Origin: Candidatus Micrarchaeota archaeon
GTDB taxonomy: Archaea; Micrarchaeota; Micrarchaeia; Micrarchaeales; CABMGC01
Assembly (NCBI GenBank): GCA_021810455.1
Contig: JAJZIU010000002.1
Span: forward strand, 1 to 59,424
DNA length: 59,424 nt
Reading direction: 5' to 3'
The notes below the pieces were generated by a model, which saw nothing but the letters and a program-made list of their open reading frames with translations, made no database searches and was not told where the DNA came from. Positions 36,890 to 46,705 of the stretch are shown piece by piece (position 1 is the stretch's first letter; each line of letters begins with the position of its first letter). The position numbers and the translations under genes were made by a program.

Positions 36890-38080
36890 ATGAGACGCAT
36901 TGGCATAGTAATCTGGATGGCATTTTTAACGTGTATTTTCCTTTTTATTTGTCAGAGGCATCTGAATGCCACAGTAATACATGTGCCTCAAGTAAATGTA
37001 TCATTAAACAGTTCCATTTCAAATGTCACGGAAGGGATTATAATACCGCTGTATTTTTACCCAAATCAGGAATGGGCTAAGCTCGAAAATTATACTCCGG
37101 GATTATATGCAGTGATAATCAATCCGGACAGCGGACCAGGTACGAATTTCGATCCTGTTTACAATAAATGGATAAATGATTTGCGTAGTAGCGGAATAGA
37201 GGTTTTAGGATACGTGCCGACGTTCTTCAATGATGGTACATTGACACTGAATGAAGATGAAGGATACATAAATGATTATTATAAGTGGTATAATGTAAGT
37301 GGAATATTCTTAGATCAGGTTGCTTCGAATTGCAATGAATCCAACATAAAGTTTTACGGAACCCTTTACAATTACATAAAAGGAAATCAAATCGCAGGAA
37401 ATATGGTGTTTATGGATCCTGGTGTTGGTGTCGGCCAATGTTACAGGAATATCTCAGATATAATAAACATATTTGAAAACAATTATTCGGTTTTTGTTAA
37501 AGAAAATATGACGTATGTGAAAACAAGTTCGTATAACCCAAACCATTTATCAATGATAGTGTATGATGTACCAAACAGTACAAACATGAAACACGTAATA
37601 AACATTTCAAGGAATTTAGGGATAGGTTACGTGTTTATAACAAATAGATCAGGAAGTAATCCGTTTGATTCATTGCCTGAATATATAAAGAATGAAACCG
37701 ATTCGGTAAATCCGATCAGAGTTTCATTATACAAACAAGAATCTGATAATAACGGAAATCTTACAATAACTTTGAAATTTAAAGCTACAGGAGGCAATGG
37801 AGGATACTCGTTTTTATTTGGCAGATTACCAGCATTCTGTGATGTGTTTAATGAATCACAGATTGAGTGCACTCCTAAAGAAGCAGGTAACTTTACAATT
37901 TTAATGAAAGTTAACGATAGCTTAGGATTCGAAAGGGATTTTTATTATAGTGTAAATATGACAGAGGCAAAAATCAAAAACACGTATTGGACCACATATG
38001 ATACGGGATACGTACTTTTTTTAATCATAATGATCATCGTGATAAGTTACTTTGTGAGATTTAGGATTAAACACAAATAA
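36890..38080 (+). CDS. Spherulin-4 (GH135)-like glycoside hydrolase, secreted and C-terminally membrane-anchored
   Basis: IIIPLYFYP, VIINPDSGPG, VLGYVPT, VSGIFLDQ, IINIFEN, GIGYVFITN; Ig-like segment (ATGGNGGYSF) and C-terminal TM helix. Confidence 0.8.
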   Translation: MRRIGIVIWMAFLTCIFLFICQRHLNATVIHVPQVNVSLNSSISNVTEGIIIPLYFYPNQEWAKLENYTPGLYAVIINPDSGPGTNFDPVYNKWINDLRSSGIEVLGYVPTFFNDGTLTLNEDEGYINDYYKWYNVSGIFLDQVASNCNESNIKFYGTLYNYIKGNQIAGNMVFMDPGVGVGQCYRNISDIINIFENNYSVFVKENMTYVKTSSYNPNHLSMIVYDVPNSTNMKHVINISRNLGIGYVFITNRSGSNPFDSLPEYIKNETDSVNPIRVSLYKQESDNNGNLTITLKFKATGGNGGYSFLFGRLPAFCDVFNESQIECTPKEAGNFTILMKVNDSLGFERDFYYSVNMTEAKIKNTYWTTYDTGYVLFLIIMIIVISYFVRFRIKHK

Positions 38081-38081
38081 A

Positions 38082-39326
38082 CTACAATTGTATTTTTAGA
38101 ATGCTCTTTACTTTTTCAAATGCATTTATCATCTGGTCTATTTCTTCCTTCGTATTATAAAGGTAGAAACTTGCCCTAGCCACAGCAGGCTCCATTATGA
38201 CTTTGTTAACTAATGGCATCGCACAATGGTGTCCAGCGCGTATTGCTATGCCCTGGGAATCAAAGATAGAAGCTATATCGTGCGGATGGGCTTTGTCCAT
38301 AGTGAACGATATAACTCCGGATCTGTTGTTATCAGAAGATTTATCAATACCCAGCCCATGAACTTTTATGTAACCAAGTTCTGACATTCTTTTAAGTGCG
38401 TATTGTGTGAGTTCTATTTCGTGTTGATGAATGTTTGACATTCCGATATTTTGAAGATAGTCGATAGCAGCTCCGAAACCTATTCCCCCTTCTATATTCG
38501 AAGTTCCTGCCTCAAATTTCCAAGGAAGTTCATTCCAAGTACTTTCGGAGAAATCAACACTTCGTATCATATCCCCGCCTCCAAAAATAGGAGGCATTTC
38601 TTCAAGAAGATCTTCTTTGCCGTATAATACGCCTATACCAGAAGGCCCAAGCATTTTATGACTAGAAAACGCCATGAAATCGCAATCAAGTTTTTTCACA
38701 TCGACAGGCATGTGTGGCACAGATTGCGCAGCGTCTATTAGCACCTTGGCGCCGTTTTTATGCGCAAGATTTGTTATTTCCTGTGCATTATTAATAGTGC
38801 CAAGGACATTTGAAACATGGGAAAACGAAACAAGTTTTGGATTCAGATTTAGTTTCTCTTTATAATCATCAATGTTTAAAATCGAAGAATCGATAAGATT
38901 TACATAATCTATGATGGCTTTTTTTCTCTTGGCAAGAAGTTGCCAAGGAACCATATTACTGTGGTGCTCCATTTTCGTAAGAAGTATGTGATCGTTTTCA
39001 CGTATGTTTGATTCCGCCCACGATAAAGCAACAAGATTTATGGCCTCTGTAGTGTTCTTGCAGTATACTATGTTTCTATAGGAATTTGCATTTATAAGAC
39101 GTGCAACTTTCTCTTTCGATTCCGTGTAAGCTTCAGTTGCTTTGATGGATATCTCGTATAGTCCACGATGTATATTTGCATTATATGTTTTGTAATAAGT
39201 TGAAATCGCGTCTATTACTTGATTTGGTTTTTGTGAAGTTGCGGCGCTATCCAAATAAACAAGAGGTTTGTTGTTCCTTTTTGTAGAGAGTATTGGGAAG
39301 TCTTTTCTTACGTTTTTTACATCCAT
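38082..39326 (-). CDS. sufS: Cysteine desulfurase, SufS type
   Basis: YLDSAATSQKP, EHHSN, DAAQS, SSHKMLGP, FEAGT, RAGHHCA. Confidence 0.97.
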   Translation of the reverse strand: MDVKNVRKDFPILSTKRNNKPLVYLDSAATSQKPNQVIDAISTYYKTYNANIHRGLYEISIKATEAYTESKEKVARLINANSYRNIVYCKNTTEAINLVALSWAESNIRENDHILLTKMEHHSNMVPWQLLAKRKKAIIDYVNLIDSSILNIDDYKEKLNLNPKLVSFSHVSNVLGTINNAQEITNLAHKNGAKVLIDAAQSVPHMPVDVKKLDCDFMAFSSHKMLGPSGIGVLYGKEDLLEEMPPIFGGGDMIRSVDFSESTWNELPWKFEAGTSNIEGGIGFGAAIDYLQNIGMSNIHQHEIELTQYALKRMSELGYIKVHGLGIDKSSDNNRSGVISFTMDKAHPHDIASIFDSQGIAIRAGHHCAMPLVNKVIMEPAVARASFYLYNTKEEIDQMINAFEKVKSILKIQL

Positions 39327-39349
39327 TAAGTCAACTTTTTTTACAATGT

Positions 39350-40072
39350 TTAGAGCTTATAACCTTTCGTTTCAACTTCGTTTATAAGATCTTTTCCACC
39401 ATCTTTTTTTATCACTCCGTCTTTCATTATGTGTATGAATTGTGGTTCCATGTAATTTAGGATTCTGCTGTAGTGTGTTATGAGCAATATCCCCATTTTG
39501 TTTTTTTGTCTCAGTTCATTTATATTTTCTGCAACAGTTTTCACCGCATCTATATCCAATCCAGAATCAGGTTCATCCAATATTGCAAGTTTCGGTTTTA
39601 GTACGGCCATTTGTAACATTTCTATCTTTTTCTTTTCTCCTCCAGAAAAACCAAAGTTCAATGACCTTCCCACAAGTTCTTCTTTTATGGAGAGTTTTTT
39701 TGTAGAATTCTTTACTTCAGACATGAAATCTTTGAACTGCATGTCACTATGGATGGAACCCCTAGCCGCATTTAAGAAGTTCATCAGACCCAGCCCCTCC
39801 ACCTCTACAGGATTTTGGAATTGCAGGAATATACCCAGTTTTGCTCTGTCATTTACCTTGGTATTGACTATGCTTTTCCCATCGGCAAGGATATCCCCTT
39901 TTGTTACTGACAATTCAGGATGGCCCATTATCGCTTTGGCTAATGTGGTTTTTCCAGAACCATTAGGACCCATTATTACATGAAGTTCGCCTTCATTTAT
40001 AGAAAGGTTTACTCCTTTTACTATCTCTTTGTCTTCTGCAGATACGTGTAAGTCTTTTATCTCTAATTTCAT
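39350..40072 (-). CDS. sufC: Fe-S assembly ATPase SufC
   Basis: GPNGSGKT, FQNPVE, FSGGEKK, LDEPDSGLDIDA, ITHY. Confidence 0.97.
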   Translation of the reverse strand: MKLEIKDLHVSAEDKEIVKGVNLSINEGELHVIMGPNGSGKTTLAKAIMGHPELSVTKGDILADGKSIVNTKVNDRAKLGIFLQFQNPVEVEGLGLMNFLNAARGSIHSDMQFKDFMSEVKNSTKKLSIKEELVGRSLNFGFSGGEKKKIEMLQMAVLKPKLAILDEPDSGLDIDAVKTVAENINELRQKNKMGILLITHYSRILNYMEPQFIHIMKDGVIKKDGGKDLINEVETKGYKL

Positions 40073-41293
40073 TTATTCACCTTTTTCGGTAGACCACACT
40101 CCTTTTGTGGTCATTTCACTCGGTTTTCCGAAATAACCGTACTCTAATTTGTTCAACATTATCGATGATGAAAGTTCGCGTGCGAACGGATCATTTATAT
40201 TGGACAGATGCTTTGATATGAAAGCAGATATGAACATCTTTCTTGCATCGTTTTCGCCCACACCCCTTGATTCCATATAAAATAATGCGTCATTATCTAG
40301 AGGCGCAGTTGCAGCGCTGTGCGTTGCAGACACACCATCACTGTAGTCTATCGACATATCGGGTAGTGCATCTATATGCGCATCTTTACTTAGTAGTATA
40401 CCTCTTTCAGTTATTTTAGATTTTGCATTCTTGGTCCATTTGTCAATTTTAGCATATCCTTTTAACGCACAATAAGAGTTATTGTCCAATATTACACCAG
40501 AATCAAGAAATGCGGAACTATTCTGTTTTGAGTTTGTTATTGAAGTTGTAAGATCGAACTTTTGTTCTGATATACCGTATGCAAGTTCATTGAGCCTTGC
40601 GCAGCTTTTAGATCCGTTTGATATAAACTCAGATAGAGACTTTGTTACAGTTGAACCGTTGTATATTGAATTTATATTAAGGGTTGAATTGTCATTTACA
40701 ACACCTTTCGAAAGGTTTAGTAAAGTTGTGTTTTCATTTTCATTGTGTATCTGATTTATTTCGATAGTTGAATTGTTTACATCAAATTCGTGCAATGATG
40801 ACATTATTGAATGTTGTTTTGAATTTGATAGATAAAATTCGGTTATGTTTAAATCAGAATCGTGTGTATTGACAAACGTCTGCATGAGAAGATTCCCATT
40901 ATTTACAAATAATATTTTTATGTTCTCTTTTTTACCATTTGATTCTATGAGCAATGCCTTGCTGGAGTGTGCATTTGAAAAGGCTACAAATTTTGATTCG
41001 TTGCTTTTGTACAATTTATTTTTTAGGTTTTTATCGAGTTCGTCCATTCCGATTATCTTTACGATTTTACTGTTTGATCGTACCATATCGCATGATATAA
41101 CAACATCGAAATCGGTATGGATACCTTTTTCCACATTGTTAATGAACGTATAGGATTCTGAGGTAGGTTTATGTAACTCTTGCTCGCTAGGCAACTCTAT
41201 AGACAAGCTGTATTTTTTATATAGCTCATTAGTTTCATATGGAAGAGATTGCAGTTGTGCAAGTGCATCTTCCCTGAATTCTTTGTATTTCAA
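40073..41293 (-). CDS. sufD: SufD-like Fe-S assembly protein
   Basis: GILLSKDAHIDALP, ATHSAA, LFYMESRGV; between sufB and sufC. Confidence 0.88.
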   Translation of the reverse strand: MKYKEFREDALAQLQSLPYETNELYKKYSLSIELPSEQELHKPTSESYTFINNVEKGIHTDFDVVISCDMVRSNSKIVKIIGMDELDKNLKNKLYKSNESKFVAFSNAHSSKALLIESNGKKENIKILFVNNGNLLMQTFVNTHDSDLNITEFYLSNSKQHSIMSSLHEFDVNNSTIEINQIHNENENTTLLNLSKGVVNDNSTLNINSIYNGSTVTKSLSEFISNGSKSCARLNELAYGISEQKFDLTTSITNSKQNSSAFLDSGVILDNNSYCALKGYAKIDKWTKNAKSKITERGILLSKDAHIDALPDMSIDYSDGVSATHSAATAPLDNDALFYMESRGVGENDARKMFISAFISKHLSNINDPFARELSSSIMLNKLEYGYFGKPSEMTTKGVWSTEKGE

Positions 41294-41310
41294 AAATGTA
41301 CACCTTTGTT

Positions 41311-42723
41311 TTATCCTACTCCGCCGCTAGTGTCCAACTTTATTAGTCTTTTTAATTCTAAGGAGTATTCCATCGGAAGTATCTTAGTGAGATCCTCCAT
41401 AAATCCGAGAACTATCATGGCTATCGCATCGTCTTCAGGTATACCTCTCGACATTAGATAGAATATCGCATCACTACTTATTTTGCCAACCTTTGCCTCA
41501 TGGCTCATTATTGCATCGTTTCGATTTATCTGGTTGTATGGATAAGTGTTTGTTTTGGCCAGATCATCAAGAAGCAGTGCATCACAAGATACATGAGCCT
41601 TAACATTTCCTGCATTTTTAGCAACATGCATAAGACCTCTGAACGTAGTTACACCACTACCTTTAGATACACTCTTGGATATGATTTTTGAAGTTGTATT
41701 TGGTGCAAGATGATATATTTTGCCACCAGAGTCTTGGACTTGGCCGTCACCTGCCAATGCTATGGAAAGTACCTCACCACTTGCCCCGTTGCCTTTTAGA
41801 AAAATGCTAGGATATTTCATGTTTACCTTGCTACCTATGTTTGCATCTATCCATTCTACTTTTGCATTTTCATCAGCATGCGCTCTTTGTGTAACTAGAT
41901 TGTATACGTTTTTTGACCAGTTTTGTATTGTTACATATCTTATGTGAGCCCCTTTTAGAGCGACCAATTCGACAACGGCAGAGTGTAATGAGTTGGCGGC
42001 ATAAACAGGAGCAGTACAACCTTCGATGTAGGTTACATCAGCACCTTCATCAGCTATGATGAGCGTTCTTTCGAACTGGCCTGATTTTTCTGCGTTTATT
42101 CTAAAGTAGGCATTGAGAGGCATTGGAGCCTTTACACCTTTAGGTATGTATATGAAACTACCACCAGACCATACGGCAGTGTTAAGCGCAGCAAATTTGT
42201 TATCGTTAGGTGGTATAACCATTCCAAAGTATTTTTTCATGAGCTCAGGATACTTTTTAACTGCACTATCAGTATCAGTAAAAATTATTCCCAACTTGTT
42301 AAGCTCCTCATTTACATGGGAGTATACGACAGAGGAATCGAATTGTGCTTCTGCTCCTGCAAAGAATTTTCTTTCAGCTTCTGGAACTCCGAGTTTGTCG
42401 AATGTTCGTTTAATATCCTCAGGTACCTTTTCCCAATCGTTAGTTTCCTTTGCTTTTGGATTTCGATAGTAGTATACATCCTCGAAATCTATATCGCTAA
42501 GGTCTGCGCCCCACATCGGCATTCGTTTGCTTTCGAAAATTTTATACCCGGTAAGTCTTTTTTCAAGCATCCAGTCGGGTTCATTCTTTAATTTGGAAAT
42601 CTTTCTTACAGTGTCTTCTGATAATCCTTTGTCAAAATGCTCGTATTCTATTTTTTCGCTAAATCCATACTTTTCTATGTATTCATTCGCTTCTACGAGC
42701 TTTTCTATCTGCTTGTCCTTCAT
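41311..42723 (-). CDS. sufB: Fe-S assembly protein SufB
   Basis: FAALNTAVWSGGSF, GQFERTLI, YIEGCTAP, LHSAVVE, CDALL, HEAKV, YLMSRG; start taken at MKDKQ. Confidence 0.97.
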   Translation of the reverse strand: MKDKQIEKLVEANEYIEKYGFSEKIEYEHFDKGLSEDTVRKISKLKNEPDWMLEKRLTGYKIFESKRMPMWGADLSDIDFEDVYYYRNPKAKETNDWEKVPEDIKRTFDKLGVPEAERKFFAGAEAQFDSSVVYSHVNEELNKLGIIFTDTDSAVKKYPELMKKYFGMVIPPNDNKFAALNTAVWSGGSFIYIPKGVKAPMPLNAYFRINAEKSGQFERTLIIADEGADVTYIEGCTAPVYAANSLHSAVVELVALKGAHIRYVTIQNWSKNVYNLVTQRAHADENAKVEWIDANIGSKVNMKYPSIFLKGNGASGEVLSIALAGDGQVQDSGGKIYHLAPNTTSKIISKSVSKGSGVTTFRGLMHVAKNAGNVKAHVSCDALLLDDLAKTNTYPYNQINRNDAIMSHEAKVGKISSDAIFYLMSRGIPEDDAIAMIVLGFMEDLTKILPMEYSLELKRLIKLDTSGGVG

Positions 42724-42725
42724 GG

Positions 42726-43052
42726 TCACACCTTTGAACCATAATAGAACCCGCAGCCAAAGTCGTTCATGCTTTTGCATACATTACATACGCATTTGTT
42801 TACAGCATCGGCATTTCCAAGTACCATGTCCTTAGCACAGGATGCTATTACTTCCTTGCTTATTGAGTTTTCTACAAGTTTTATCTTATCCGAACATTTG
42901 TTTCTCACATATTTACTGACTGCAGCCTGCGTTATCCCGAGTTTTTTTGATATTTCTTCCTCTTTTATGTGGTACTGTGATTTCAACTCCTTAGCCAATG
43001 CAGATCTTACTGCAGGTAATATTTCTTTAGCAGCTTTTTCATATCCTAGCAC
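42726..43052 (-). CDS. Small HTH transcriptional regulator with a C-terminal Cys cluster; first gene of the suf operon
   Basis: ILPAVRSALAKEL...EISKKLGITQAAVSKY HTH; CVCNVC...C tail; GAGGT Shine-Dalgarno-like motif before the GTG start. Confidence 0.82.
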   Translation of the reverse strand: MLGYEKAAKEILPAVRSALAKELKSQYHIKEEEISKKLGITQAAVSKYVRNKCSDKIKLVENSISKEVIASCAKDMVLGNADAVNKCVCNVCKSMNDFGCGFYYGSKV

Positions 43053-43061
43053 GAAAATACC

Positions 43062-43098
43062 TCATATAACAGAGTTATATGACAGGCAAGTTTTATAA
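43062..43098 (-). promoter_or_regulatory. Candidate suf operon promoter: TATA box plus a palindromic operator over the expected start site
   Basis: Perfect palindrome TCATATAAC-aga-GTTATATGA (43062-43082); TTATAAAA on the minus strand at 43091-43098. Confidence 0.65.
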
Positions 43099-43218
43099 TA
43101 CTTAGCATATTACATAGGAACCTATCTGACAATTTAGTTTAATATATTAAAAGTAAACAAATATGCATTTTCTTGCGTTGAATTATTAAATTATAAATCA
43201 GGAACTATTTTGATTAAA

Positions 43219-45522
43219 ATGATAGAGCTACTCGAGCTCCAGAACTGGAAAACGCACGGTTCCAGTACGCTCTCGTTTTCAAAAGGCACAAACATATTAT
43301 TAGGCCAGATGGGCGCAGGAAAGAGTTCTGTGATGGATGCGATATCGTTTGCCCTTTTTGGCACATTTCCGGCAATAAAAAATCGGAGAATGTCGATAAA
43401 TGATGTGATAAGCAATAGACCTGTGCCAAAAGACAGAGCTGTTGTTAGGTTAAAATTTAGATTAGGGAATGACATTTATACAGTTGAAAGAGAGGTTGCA
43501 CTGAACAACTCTCCAAAGGCAAAATTTGAAAAAAATGGAGTTCATGTGCAATCACAACCACAGAGAGTTACCGAGGAAATAGAGAGGTTATTGAAGATAG
43601 ATTATGATCTATTTTCCAGAGTGGTTTATTCTGAACAAAATAGATTGGATTACTTCTTGGAACTTAAATCAGCAGATAGAAAAAAACAGATAGATAACCT
43701 CCTAGGATTGGATAAATTTGCAGTGGCCCAGGATAATGTAACGAGCCTCATAAATAGAATAAAAAGTATGATAGAAGAGGAAGAAAAGGCTCTGGAAGGC
43801 ATAGACATGAAGGAGTTAGAGCTTCAGCTTGCTAATTCGAAAGAATCACTTGAAAAAATTGTAACAGAATCCAAGAAACTTAAGAAAGAACATGACGAAT
43901 CAGTAAATAAAAGGGAAATGATAGAATCGAGATACAAGAAAGCCAAGGATCTTCTAAGTAAAAAAATTGCATTGTCTAAGGAAATAGTAGAAGATGAAGG
44001 TAAAATCAGCACATTGAATGATGAAATAAAAAAGATAGATAAATTAGAATTGGGCAGTGAAGAGGAACTCAGTAGAAAATTTGCAGAGTTTAATCTAAAG
44101 AATGTAGAGTTAAAAAAAGAAGAAAACATAGTGACAGACCGTATGCAAGAGGTCCAGTTACGCATGGGAAAACTACAGAATCAGATATCTGACCTTGAAA
44201 GAAAAAAGACCACTAAAGAAAAACTATTAGCAGACATGAAGGACATCGATAAAGCAGAATTTTCAAAGCGTTTTGACGACTCAAAATTAAAGTATGAAGA
44301 ATTAGAAAAAGAACTCGCGTTGGTAAAAGTCACGAAAAAAGAAAATGAGAAATGGATCACCGAATTGGAAAAGCATATAAGCAAATGTCCGGTATGTGAA
44401 AGGAATTTGGATAGTGATACAAAAGAGGGCATACTTGGAGATAAGAGGAAACACGTTTTGGAACTATCGAATAAGGAGAATGAAATTGAAGTTGAGAGAC
44501 GACAACTTAAGAGTATTCTGAATGGCGTTGAAGAAAAACTCTCACAGATAAAGATTGCCGAAGAAAAATTGTTAGAGTATGGAGATGTGGAAAAAAGGCT
44601 TGAAGAAGCTGGAAAACTTGAAAAAAAATCTTCAGAGGAATTAATGGAAATAAAAATTAAAAGAGATGAAATAAGTAAGAAGAGAGAAGAACAGACTAGG
44701 GAAATATTATCTATAAAATCGTCATTGGATCAGATTACGCGTAAGAATTCGTACATTAAAAATGTAAGAGAGATTTTTGCTCTTGTAGCAGAAAAAAAGA
44801 GTAAGCTTGGCGAGATAAAGATTGATGACGAAGAAATAGATAAAATGCAAAAAGAACTTGTGGATATAAATTCTCTAATAAGCAGAAATCTGGCGATCCT
44901 GGAATCTAGTGAAAGGGAACGTAGAGAAAAAGAATCACGAATAGAAGAAAAATCAAAAGAAATAGATAGAGTGAGGAAACTTATTGAGAGGATAAAATCA
45001 AGAAATAAAACTGTTGACGGACTTACAAAATTCAAAAACGCACTGCAGGAAACGCAGGTAGTACTTAGAAATAAACTAGTTAACTCTGTTAATGAAGTTA
45101 TGCAAGACATATGGCCGGATCTTTATCCGTACGGAGATTATATAGGAATAAATCTTCAGGCTACAGAAGGAGATTATGTACTCAGGGTTAAAACTGATAA
45201 GAATGGGGAGGGATGGAATGACGTAGATTCGATAGCAAGCGGGGGAGAAAGGAGCACAGCGTGCTTAACTATGAGAATAGCGTTTGCTATGGTTCTAACA
45301 CCTAATCTAAAGTGGATAATATTGGATGAACCAACACACAACATAGACCAACAGGGGATAACTAAATTGGTAAGACTTTTCAGCGAGGTGCTTCCTGAGA
45401 TAATAGAACAGATATTCATAATAACTCATGACGAGCAGCTAAAACAGATAACGAACGGCAAGATTTACATGTTAAAACGGAATAAGACAGAAAGTGGAGC
45501 TACAGAAATAGATGAAGTATGA
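43219..45522 (+). CDS. Rad50/SbcC-like SMC-family ATPase with zinc hook
   Basis: Walker A GQMGAGKSS, YSEQ Q-loop, central CPVC hook in a coiled coil, ASGGE signature, ILDEPT, IITHD. Confidence 0.9.
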   Translation: MIELLELQNWKTHGSSTLSFSKGTNILLGQMGAGKSSVMDAISFALFGTFPAIKNRRMSINDVISNRPVPKDRAVVRLKFRLGNDIYTVEREVALNNSPKAKFEKNGVHVQSQPQRVTEEIERLLKIDYDLFSRVVYSEQNRLDYFLELKSADRKKQIDNLLGLDKFAVAQDNVTSLINRIKSMIEEEEKALEGIDMKELELQLANSKESLEKIVTESKKLKKEHDESVNKREMIESRYKKAKDLLSKKIALSKEIVEDEGKISTLNDEIKKIDKLELGSEEELSRKFAEFNLKNVELKKEENIVTDRMQEVQLRMGKLQNQISDLERKKTTKEKLLADMKDIDKAEFSKRFDDSKLKYEELEKELALVKVTKKENEKWITELEKHISKCPVCERNLDSDTKEGILGDKRKHVLELSNKENEIEVERRQLKSILNGVEEKLSQIKIAEEKLLEYGDVEKRLEEAGKLEKKSSEELMEIKIKRDEISKKREEQTREILSIKSSLDQITRKNSYIKNVREIFALVAEKKSKLGEIKIDDEEIDKMQKELVDINSLISRNLAILESSERERREKESRIEEKSKEIDRVRKLIERIKSRNKTVDGLTKFKNALQETQVVLRNKLVNSVNEVMQDIWPDLYPYGDYIGINLQATEGDYVLRVKTDKNGEGWNDVDSIASGGERSTACLTMRIAFAMVLTPNLKWIILDEPTHNIDQQGITKLVRLFSEVLPEIIEQIFIITHDEQLKQITNGKIYMLKRNKTESGATEIDEV

Positions 45523-45582
45523 CATTCTAAAACGGAATAAGACAGAAAGTGGAGCTACAGAAATAGATGAAGTATGACATTC
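45473..45582. repeat. Perfect 55-bp tandem duplication at the Rad50-like/ftsZ junction
   Basis: taaaacggaataagacagaaagtggagctacagaaatagatgaagtatgacattc at 45473-45527 and 45528-45582. Confidence 0.95.
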
Positions 45583-46603
45583 ACAGTCTGCCAAGACCAA
45601 GCCCTGATTCAGTTTTCCTTGAGTTTCCGAGAATCGAGGATCCAGTAACTCCAGTAAATATTGCTATTACTTCAGTGTTACTTGAGTATGAAGGATCAAG
45701 TCTTGCACCCCATATTACGTTTGCGTCACTAGCTATTTTTTCAGTGAGTTTTTCACCTATGCGCGTAGCTTCTCCCAAAGTCATATCTGAGCCACCAGTT
45801 ATGTGGAAAAGTATGCCTTTGGCATCTTCATAATTTACATCAAGCAATCTGTTATTTAGGGTGTCTTTTACAACATCCTCAACACGATTGTTCCCATTTG
45901 CACTACCTATGCTTATCATTGCAAGGCCACCGTGAGACATTATCTGTCGTATATCTGCGAAGTCTATGTTAACCATGCTGGGTTGTGTTATTGTTTCGGT
46001 TATACCACGCACAGCCTTTGCAGTTACCTCATCAGCTATCGAGAAGGTTTTTTCTATAGGGAGGTTTGGATACAGAGACACCAGTCTTTGGTTATCTATG
46101 ACTATTAGTGTGTCTATGTTTTCTCTGAGTTTTTCAATGCCTCTCCTTGCAGTTTCTAGTCGTACCCTTTCTAATGAGAAAGGCATCGTGACTATACCAA
46201 CCACTATGGCGCCGTTTTCTTTAGCTATCCTGGCAACCACCGGAGCTGCACCGGTACCGGTACCACCACCCATACCTGCAGTCAGAAATACGAGATTCAT
46301 GTCTTTGAGTAGCATGTCTATATTTTGTGATGAGAGTTCAGCGGCCTTTTCGCCAACTTCAGGATAACCACCAGCCCCGAAACCATGTGTTATCTCATTT
46401 CCTAACATTACTTTTGTGATATTGTCATTTAGCATGCCTAATTGTTTCGCGTCTGTATTGAAAGCGAATAGAGATGCACCTTTTATATCCATAGCGCTGA
46501 GCCTATGCACGGTGTTGTTTCCACCACCTCCCACTCCTACAACGCCTATCCTAGGCTTGAAGAAATCTTCATTTTCACCGAATTGCGTATTATTTTCGTA
46601 CAT
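45581..46603 (-). CDS. ftsZ: Cell division protein FtsZ
   Basis: VGVGGGGNN, NTDAKQL, AGMGGGTGTGAAP tubulin signature, IDNQRL, NIDFAD; start taken at MYENN. Confidence 0.97.
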   Translation of the reverse strand: MYENNTQFGENEDFFKPRIGVVGVGGGGNNTVHRLSAMDIKGASLFAFNTDAKQLGMLNDNITKVMLGNEITHGFGAGGYPEVGEKAAELSSQNIDMLLKDMNLVFLTAGMGGGTGTGAAPVVARIAKENGAIVVGIVTMPFSLERVRLETARRGIEKLRENIDTLIVIDNQRLVSLYPNLPIEKTFSIADEVTAKAVRGITETITQPSMVNIDFADIRQIMSHGGLAMISIGSANGNNRVEDVVKDTLNNRLLDVNYEDAKGILFHITGGSDMTLGEATRIGEKLTEKIASDANVIWGARLDPSYSSNTEVIAIFTGVTGSSILGNSRKTESGLGLGRL

Positions 46604-46705
46604 TGTATTGGAATTATATGCAAAAGAATAAAATATCTCTCTTTTATCAGATATTGGCTTGTTCAGCATATATTTGGAGCGATTGGATTTTTTGTTGTGG
46701 TTAGC

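Noticed and set aside
31610..36893. Repeats in the LamG array as a CRISPR array or diversity-generating retroelement
   Set aside because: The repeats are coding and ~0.9-3.4 kb apart; no cas or reverse transcriptase gene; paralog differences are mostly synonymous and not adenine-specific
45473..45582. 55-bp repeat as a mini-CRISPR or att site
   Set aside because: The two copies are directly adjacent with no spacer, and no integrase is nearby
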